From IMG/VR virus record IMGVR_UViG_3300001865_000266, positions 1-43,168 of that record: a DNA stretch of 43,168 nucleotides; one strand, 5' to 3'. Positions within the stretch are counted from its first letter, which is position 1; every line of letters begins with the position of its first letter. Shown in pieces: positions 37,293 through 43,168 of the stretch. The translations under genes and the position numbers were made by a program. The stretch is from a virus. A model generated the notes under the pieces. That model was not told where the DNA came from. It saw only the letters and a program-made list of their open reading frames with translations, and did not search any database.

Positions 37293-37400
37293 TCCAAATA
37301 CCTCCAATTTTTAATCTTTTAATTTACAACTATTCACAAACCATAAAACAAGTAAAAAAGCAACGGCCCATAAAACAAGACCTAAAAATAATGACATATT

Positions 37401-37646
37401 CTACACCTGTACGGTGGCCATTACAGCCAAATATCCAATCCAAACCATAAATCCACCAATAACAATAGATATGGCCATGATGGCTAGTATGGCCTCTTTT
37501 TGCTGTTTAGAAAATTTAGATTGTTTATTTGGATACAAAGAATTATTCTTAGGTGCAATCTGACACTTACGATAGACAATACCACAAACACATTTAAAAT
37601 AAGTGTCAGTTTCCCTCATGGCCTTGTCACAACCTGGACAGTTCAT
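37401..37646 (-). CDS. Zn-ribbon protein with C-terminal TM helix
   Basis: CPGC...CVCG; hydrophobic tail. Confidence 0.6.
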   Translation of the reverse strand: MNCPGCDKAMRETDTYFKCVCGIVYRKCQIAPKNNSLYPNKQSKFSKQQKEAILAIMAISIVIGGFMVWIGYLAVMATVQV

Positions 37647-38026
37647 TTTGCATCACCTTCTAACTCTTCAACGATAGGGATCAGCTTTTCAGGAATTGGA
37701 ACATTTGGTTGTTGATACACCAACCTATGCCGAGTCATTATAAAGGATAAACCTCCAATAGGTCTTTCTAGTTTATCTGCTATTTCTTTCTTAGAGGAAC
37801 CCTTCTGTCTTAAAATCCATATATTCCAAAGATCTTCATCTGAATAAGGTTTAAAATCTTTCCGTAAATCCTGATTATAACCAAGTTCCCCTTTCTTTTT
37901 ACTAATAGTTGTATAATGTTTCTTAATTTTTCCTGACTCATAAATTTCCTTTAAAGTCATGCCTTTTTCAGCCATTTTAATCAAAGCATTTTCCTCATCT
38001 TCTGTCCAACTTGATAGTCTGCCCAT
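37643..38026 (-). CDS. Tandem HTH (Myb/GcrA-like) DNA-binding protein
   Basis: WTEDEENALIKMAEKGMTLKEI and YSDEDLWNIWILRQKGSSKKEIADKL repeats. Confidence 0.7.
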   Translation of the reverse strand: MGRLSSWTEDEENALIKMAEKGMTLKEIYESGKIKKHYTTISKKKGELGYNQDLRKDFKPYSDEDLWNIWILRQKGSSKKEIADKLERPIGGLSFIMTRHRLVYQQPNVPIPEKLIPIVEELEGDAK

Positions 38027-38030
38027 TACA

Positions 38031-38270
38031 TCACCTTCTTAAAACTTTAATTTGATAATAGCCGTCCTGATTTGCAATATAAACAGTTGTAGGATTGCTT
38101 AAGGATTTACATTCAAAAGTAGGATATGAAACTATGTCTGTTGGTACATCTTTCAAGTCAAGTTTAGTTAAAATTAAACATTGATTTTTATCCAGACAAG
38201 ATGCAACCATATTAATTGAATCCCCAACATAATGATTAGATGGTAATTGTCCTACCCATTTCTCTGTCAT
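38031..38270 (-). CDS. Hypothetical protein
   Basis: GGAGG SD; coupled. Confidence 0.55.
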   Translation of the reverse strand: MTEKWVGQLPSNHYVGDSINMVASCLDKNQCLILTKLDLKDVPTDIVSYPTFECKSLSNPTTVYIANQDGYYQIKVLRR

Positions 38271-38434
38271 TATATTGCCTCCTTTTGATAATTTGAATTA
38301 GCTTCGGCATTTAGATCCTCACAGTCGCCACAACCATCACAAATTGTGCAAGTTCCATAAGCTTTATAATCTGAACATTCAGCTTTACCCATGCATTCAT
38401 CACAAAATTGGTGTTTCAATTTATCACAAACCAT
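38270..38434 (-). CDS. 54-aa protein with 8 Cys (not in track)
   Basis: MVCDKLKHQFCDECMGKAECSDYKAYGTCTICDGCGDCEDL... Confidence 0.6.
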   Translation of the reverse strand: MVCDKLKHQFCDECMGKAECSDYKAYGTCTICDGCGDCEDLNAEANSNYQKEAI

Positions 38435-38568
38435 TCAAGCACCCCCTAACGTAGCCGTTAAATGACTTAACAACCCATAATTAACCCAGTAATCCTCATC
38501 TTCATAATCACTCATAGAATTTATTTGTTTAACAAAAACTTCCAAAATAAAACCCCCTAAAAAAGAAT

Positions 38569-39027
38569 TTAAAAAGGATACATCTCAATAATCTTATAAT
38601 GATTGGTGAGTTTATCCTGAACACTGACCGGTCCATTCCACTTACCATCAAGAGTATGAGGTAATCGAGACCATGGAACAATTCTGTCCACATGCAACTG
38701 ATAAGGATTATTTTTCCAATATGGTTTATAATCAATCACAGCATTGTAACGTTTACCATTCCGTTTCGATTCAACACGTAACAGAAAAACAGTATTCTCT
38801 TCAATAAAATGTTCAGAATCAAGATTCCTCTTGATGAATCGTTTTAATGCAATTCCGATTTTGGATCTGTTTCGGAATAATTGTTGAGTCTTTGGTAGAA
38901 TATTATTGATTCTTGCTTGGTTTTCAATTTCACGTTCAGCTTTTAACTGGGCCTGTTCCTCTTCATATTGTTTTTTCAATTTCAATTCCTCTTCCTTACT
39001 AATACGAATCTGTTCAACTCCAATCAA
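38569..39027 (-). CDS. Hypothetical protein
   Basis: TTG start overlapping upstream stop; 152 aa. Confidence 0.6.
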   Translation of the reverse strand: MIGVEQIRISKEEELKLKKQYEEEQAQLKAEREIENQARINNILPKTQQLFRNRSKIGIALKRFIKRNLDSEHFIEENTVFLLRVESKRNGKRYNAVIDYKPYWKNNPYQLHVDRIVPWSRLPHTLDGKWNGPVSVQDKLTNHYKIIEMYPF

Positions 39028-39155
39028 CCTAAAACCCCCTCACGCATTAATCTAGCAATCCTCATCTGTTTCTCAAGCTCTGCCTCCAACTGCTCATCAA
39101 CCCTCGCAGCCTTAGGCGTTTCCTTATACCTTCTAATAACTACATTTCCCTCCAT
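39024..39155 (-). CDS. 43-aa first gene of early transcript (not in track)
   Basis: GGTGA SD; MEGNVVIRRYKETPKAARVDEQLEAELEKQMRIARLMREGVLG. Confidence 0.55.
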   Translation of the reverse strand: MEGNVVIRRYKETPKAARVDEQLEAELEKQMRIARLMREGVLG

Positions 39156-39221
39156 CTAATCACCAACTATGTTTTTTTAAACTAAACAAAACTCAGAACA
39201 CGCGTCTGAGAAATAAAGAAT

Positions 39222-39357
39222 TGGACAGTCTGGGATTCGAACCCAGGTAACAATTTGGCGTAGGATAGGTTAGGATTAAATTACGGCTATTAATTTAATC
39301 CATGGTGTAAAAGATCAAAAAACAAGAAATAATTTAAGTTACCCACCAAGGACCGTC
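39222..39357 (-). ncRNA. tRNA-mimic RNA 2 (acceptor stem plus T-arm around a structured insert of about 100 nt)
   Basis: GGACGGT/ACTGTCC-A acceptor; CTGGG TTCGAAT CCCAG T-arm; GTAAC/GTTAC helix; GGATTAAATTA/TAATTTAATCC hairpin. Confidence 0.65.
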
Positions 39358-39567
39358 CAAAAGAAATAAAAATATAAATTTTGTGTTCACTATTTCACTC
39401 ATCGCCGGAAGCCTTTTTTTATGTGTAATTCCCGTGTCCATCACCTGTGGTTCATTTTGGATATTAGGTTTTCGCTTCAAACACACATCCTTAAGACACT
39501 TACAAATTCCGTCCAGGTCTATCCTGAACCCAAGTGCCTATGACTTTTAACTCTCTATATTATAGTT

Positions 39568-39613
39568 GTAACTCCGAGTATATAAATGTAACTCTTTTAC
39601 TCTTTAGAGTTAC
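39568..39613 (-). promoter_or_regulatory. Leftward promoter with GTAACTC operator half-sites
   Basis: TTTATATA box (39579..39586) flanked by GTAACTC copies and GTAACTC-N12-GAGTTAC palindrome. Confidence 0.7.
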
Positions 39614-39775
39614 TATATAATAATTAAAAATAATATAATAATAAAAATAAAATAAATAATAAATAAATAATAAAAAGACTAAATTAGAAAACATACGTGT
39701 AGTATACCCGTGTGTATACGTATGCTCACCCGTATGTTTTGAAAAGAAAAAATCACACGTACACCATACACGGTG
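39614..39775. repeat. AT-rich tract plus short CATACG/ACACG/CCCGT repeats (candidate origin)
   Basis: Almost pure A/T tract at 39614..39690 followed by direct and inverted short repeats. Confidence 0.35.
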
Positions 39776-39818
39776 GAAGTATGTTTGATGTGGGTACCCT
39801 TTTGGAGAAAAAATCATG

Positions 39819-40256
39819 TTAAAAATCCCTCAAAGGGTCTACCTCGCCACTATCTATTGGGGCCTTAACTTGTTCTTCGTAAACTGTTACCATTTCAGAT
39901 GCTTTTAAACCTAATTTAACTCTACGATTTTCAAGAACTTGTTGGCTTAACTCTCCATTTCGATAATAAGCTTTTTGGAGATCCCTTATTGTTTCATCCC
40001 ACATCTCTGTATCATTGGCCTGAAGATCCTCTCGAAGTTCATCCATCTGATTTTCAATTTTGGCAACTTTATTTAGAAGATCAGTTCTTCTTTTTTCTAA
40101 AACATTATAAGTGGCAGCATTACCCATCAATAATTCAAAACCTTTAACTAAAGCTTTAGATGGTTTAATTCCTTTTTTACGTCCTGCTGCAACAATTTCA
40201 CGATTGTTTTTATTCAAATAAATCGTGATTTTTTCAGGTTTTTCTTCAGTCATCAA
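39819..40256 (-). CDS. RHH-like plus coiled-coil protein (Cro-like regulator candidate)
   Basis: KITIYLNKNNREIV...KGIKPSKAL RHH-like pattern. Confidence 0.55.
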   Translation of the reverse strand: MMTEEKPEKITIYLNKNNREIVAAGRKKGIKPSKALVKGFELLMGNAATYNVLEKRRTDLLNKVAKIENQMDELREDLQANDTEMWDETIRDLQKAYYRNGELSQQVLENRRVKLGLKASEMVTVYEEQVKAPIDSGEVDPLRDF

Positions 40257-40257
40257 A

Positions 40258-40995
40258 TCACCTGAAATCTAAAAGATCTTTTTGATTAGGATCTATCGAA
40301 ACTAAATAGACCTGTCTATCGTCTCGATTAAAATGATCATACGCAAATTTGTAAACGGTTTCACAGATTTGAGGGTTTTGTTTTAGGTAATCTCGTCTAG
40401 ATAAATTTTGCATACCTGCTAAAGCCTGAATATCTATTCCTGTTTCGCATGTGAAAATATAAAAAAGTTCTTTGTAAAGATCCTTCATAGCTCCAAGGCC
40501 ATGTCTAGAACAATCCACCATAAGATTGGATAATTTTTTATTAGGTGTTTCGGCCTGTAAGATAGCAAGTTCCTCTCTACGAATACCTAATAACTGTTCT
40601 GTAATTGTTGTTAAATTCTCAATTAATCTATTCTGCTTATTCTCAACATACATCCCCGTTTTCCTGATCGATGGCAGTACATCATTCGTGATCCATTTAC
40701 GGAATTCTTTGGCTTCAGGTTTTCTTGAATTAAAAATTAGTTCATATACTCCGGATTCTTTAAGCCAGTATCTTTGAGAATTCTCAATAAATTTTAAATT
40801 TATTGAATCATTTCCAAGAATGGATTTTAAATCCGTGCGTTCTAACCCGTCCATTCTACTTATATATTGCGTAACACTTGATTCTTTTAAATCAAGACAT
40901 TTTCCTACATCATAAGGGTTGAATAAAACTTCATCATTTAAAGTAATAGTTTCAACACTTTGATGTCCAAACTCAAAAATTTTAAGTTCATTCAA
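40258..40995 (-). CDS. Bro-N domain antirepressor-like protein
   Basis: FNPYDVGKCL...ESGVYELIFNSRKPEAKEFRKWITNDVLPSIRKTG; TTG 40995 after GGAGG. Confidence 0.9.
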   Translation of the reverse strand: MNELKIFEFGHQSVETITLNDEVLFNPYDVGKCLDLKESSVTQYISRMDGLERTDLKSILGNDSINLKFIENSQRYWLKESGVYELIFNSRKPEAKEFRKWITNDVLPSIRKTGMYVENKQNRLIENLTTITEQLLGIRREELAILQAETPNKKLSNLMVDCSRHGLGAMKDLYKELFYIFTCETGIDIQALAGMQNLSRRDYLKQNPQICETVYKFAYDHFNRDDRQVYLVSIDPNQKDLLDFR

Positions 40996-41042
40996 ACATA
41001 TCCCTCCATTTTGAATTCTCAAAAATTTTCTGTAAGAATACT

Positions 41043-41107
41043 TTAACTCCAGAGTATATAAAAGTAACTCTTTTAAGGTATTGAGTAAAAGAGGAAAGAT
41101 TATATAT
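41043..41107. promoter_or_regulatory. Divergent promoter/operator region
   Basis: Near-copy of 39568..39600 (AACTCC-GAGTATATAAA-GTAACTCTTTTA) plus rightward GAAAG-A-TTATATAT box. Confidence 0.7.
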
Positions 41108-41195
41108 TAAGACCAAGATATATAAGAGCAGAAAAACAAAGAAGGAGTTGATTAAAATTACAGTTGATACTGTTGTAATAATTGAGGAACATAAT

Positions 41196-41426
41196 ATGGT
41201 TAAAGAAGGAAGTAAAAAGGTTACAATAGATGTGCCTATAGAAAAATATGAACTCCTGGAAGAAATTAAAAATGCAGGAGGAATCAACTCCATAAGGGCC
41301 GGTGTATCAGAAGGGGTAGATTTGGTTATATTAAACCATATAGAATTGTTAGAAGAGAATATAGTAACTAGGGTAGATAATTTAAGAGATAGTTTATCTA
41401 AGATTAAAAAAGAACACTCAGAGTAA
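41196..41426 (+). CDS. RHH-like repressor candidate
   Basis: KKVTIDVPIEKYELLEEIK...SIRAGVSEGV; GAGGA SD; divergent from Bro-N gene. Confidence 0.65.
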   Translation: MVKEGSKKVTIDVPIEKYELLEEIKNAGGINSIRAGVSEGVDLVILNHIELLEENIVTRVDNLRDSLSKIKKEHSE

Positions 41427-41511
41427 TTTTTTTTATATGCGAATGTGAGTTTACACTCACTCGACCTAATTCTATTAAAATCAGTACTTGCAAGGATTGA
41501 TCTCATTAAGA

Positions 41512-41715
41512 TCACCCCGGCACATAATTTGCTATTTTGTCGTAGAGATCCCAGAGCTTGTCATATAATCTGTGATAAGCATCACATGACGGATCGGCTT
41601 TATATTGCTCTATCTCTTTATACGTCCGTTTAAAATCAGTTTGAAGTTCTGCTAAGCTTGATTTATTTTCACTTCGATCAATATCTATATATCTATCTTC
41701 CGAGATACATTCCAT
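41512..41715 (-). CDS. Hypothetical protein
   Basis: GGAAGTGA SD; 67 aa. Confidence 0.5.
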   Translation of the reverse strand: MECISEDRYIDIDRSENKSSLAELQTDFKRTYKEIEQYKADPSCDAYHRLYDKLWDLYDKIANYVPG

Positions 41716-42007
41716 CGTTCATCACTTCCGGGTGTTGAGCACGGCATAGTGAGGGGGACGTCGGCAAAACAGACCCCTTACTTGCCTTTTCATACAAACA
41801 TTGCACAATATTATGAACAGTGCCTTTATAATGATGCCTCTCACATCTTATAAAGTAGCTTATGCTTTCATTAATTTTGATGATTTATATACGTTTGTGT
41901 GTCATAACCTCGCTCATGTTTTTCTAAATTTATATAACAATTGTTGAATGTTATATTAAAATCATTGAAAGAGAGCATGTGATATCTACTTAAAATTAGA
42001 AAAAAAA

Positions 42008-43168
42008 TTATTCTTTTGGAGGTAATTTTAATAATAATTCTAAATTACCTGTTTTAATTGCTTCTAACATTACTTCCATCTCAGAACGAAGCTTTTTATT
42101 ATCATTTTCAACATCAATTAAACGCTGTTTATCTTCAGTTGTTACATGATGTACTTGAGTATCTCGAAGACTTAACTCAGCAATGCATAGGGTGTACTGT
42201 TCTTTTAGGAAGTTGTCATCCTGTTTGATGTAAGCTTCTTGTATTTCATCAATTGTATGGCCTAAAAGTCGAGATATTGTTATTTGTTGTAAACCTTGAT
42301 TCATTAGTGTGGTTGCAAATATTTTCCGGAAACTATGACTATGTAGTTTGATATGGGATCCTACCATTCCAAAATCACATTTATTATTTAAGAATACAAA
42401 ATAGTTGAAAAATGCTCTTTTGCTGATTGGTTTGGTTTTAAACCGTCCACTTGGGAATAGTGGTGTTTCTAATGTTTTTGGAGGTTGGGTTTTTAAATAT
42501 TTTAGTATAGCATCTACACATTCAGGGGTACTAAATGTAGTAACTGGCGTGTCATTTTTTATTGTTGTTATTTTCCAAGTTGGGATTATTTCTTCATTAG
42601 TTTTAGACAGTATTTGGATAAGTTCATCTACACTAATCATAGTGTTATCTGTTACTTTGATGTATTGGTGTAAGGATTTAATAAAGTCGTGATAGGATAA
42701 TGCTCTTATATCACTACTTCTTAATCCTGTGGATAGGGCGGTTTTAATTATTGCTTCATATTTGACATTTGCAAAGGTTAAAGCTTCCCGAATTTCATCT
42801 TTAGTAGGTAAATCTGTTAAACTCTCCTTTTTAATATTTTTTTTACTATAATTAATTCTTGGAACCACTACATCAAACTGTTTATAAAATGATTTAATGG
42901 AACTTAATCTTACAATAATGGTTCGTGGACTGTAATTATTTTCTACAAGATAATCTTTATAATCCAACAAGTAATCATTAATGGTTCTTTGTGATAATCG
43001 TAATCCTTGGTCTTCTTCGTTTTCGGCTTCTGTTATAAATTCATCAGGTGTTTTGTTTAGAAATTCACTGTATTGTGTTATTTCTATTCTGTACCGTTCT
43101 AATGTTCCACTTCGAATTGTTCGGTTTTTTATGAACCTTTTAAAACGTCGATCCCCTGTAATGTCCAT
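42008..43168 (-). CDS. int: Tyrosine integrase
   Basis: STGLRSSDI (R), HSHSFRK (HxxR), LLGH, EAY catalytic residues. Confidence 0.95.
   Translation of the reverse strand: MDITGDRRFKRFIKNRTIRSGTLERYRIEITQYSEFLNKTPDEFITEAENEEDQGLRLSQRTINDYLLDYKDYLVENNYSPRTIIVRLSSIKSFYKQFDVVVPRINYSKKNIKKESLTDLPTKDEIREALTFANVKYEAIIKTALSTGLRSSDIRALSYHDFIKSLHQYIKVTDNTMISVDELIQILSKTNEEIIPTWKITTIKNDTPVTTFSTPECVDAILKYLKTQPPKTLETPLFPSGRFKTKPISKRAFFNYFVFLNNKCDFGMVGSHIKLHSHSFRKIFATTLMNQGLQQITISRLLGHTIDEIQEAYIKQDDNFLKEQYTLCIAELSLRDTQVHHVTTEDKQRLIDVENDNKKLRSEMEVMLEAIKTGNLELLLKLPPKE

Larger units (their letters stand above)
1..43168 (-). mobile_element. Temperate myovirus-like archaeal virus/provirus, probable Methanobacteriales host; boundaries not visible
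   Basis: Colinear integrase, repressor switch, terminase, portal, HK97 capsid, sheath, tube, tape measure and baseplate genes; archaeal TATA/BRE promoters, GGAGG/GGTGA SD sites, TFB-type Zn ribbon, pseudomurein-related domains. Confidence 0.95.

Noticed and set aside
37341-37379. Direct repeat CCATAAAACAAG x2
   Set aside because: Two AT-rich 12-mers only; no other copies or supporting context seen
36296-39357. tRNA-like elements as att-site remnants
   Set aside because: att remnants keep only a tRNA 3' part; both elements keep a complementary 5' acceptor strand and lie mid-genome
39560-39817. 85-aa minus ORF
   Set aside because: Low-complexity translation of the AT tract, running through a promoter/operator; probably non-coding
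40988-41515. 175-aa minus ORF
   Set aside because: Antisense shadow of the repressor gene and promoters
41716-42007. attachment site beside the integrase
   Set aside because: No partner repeat identifiable within the window; flanks are needed
1854-42692. Many + strand ORFs of 60-180 aa inside minus-strand genes
   Set aside because: Antisense shadows without SD sites or recognisable motifs

Overview
The whole window is one temperate head-tail (contractile-tailed, myovirus-like) archaeal virus genome or provirus, almost all on the minus strand. From right to left it carries a tyrosine integrase, a divergent RHH-repressor/Bro-N antirepressor switch, a long early region of small (often Cys/Zn-binding) genes, terminase, portal, protease-scaffold, HK97-type capsid, neck, sheath, tube, tape measure and baseplate. 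A pseudomurein-binding-like repeat and a Pei-like Cys-His-Asp domain point to a Methanobacteriales host (inference). The window starts on a stop codon and ends on the integrase ATG, so att sites and any further left-end genes are not visible. Most notable: (1) a putative RNA regulatory layer, with two tRNA-mimic RNAs (acceptor stem plus T-arm around non-tRNA inserts), an atypical tRNA-Thr(UGU), and hairpins whose loops are perfect 15-nt antisense copies of viral translation-initiation regions; (2) a baseplate apparently carrying two cell-wall enzymes, a Pei-like isopeptidase on the hub and a glycoside-hydrolase-like barrel fused to a wedge protein; (3) candidate counter-defence genes (JAB protease, Mesh1-like HD hydrolase, catalytically truncated N6-methylase). 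All family assignments come from motif recognition by eye, without database searches.
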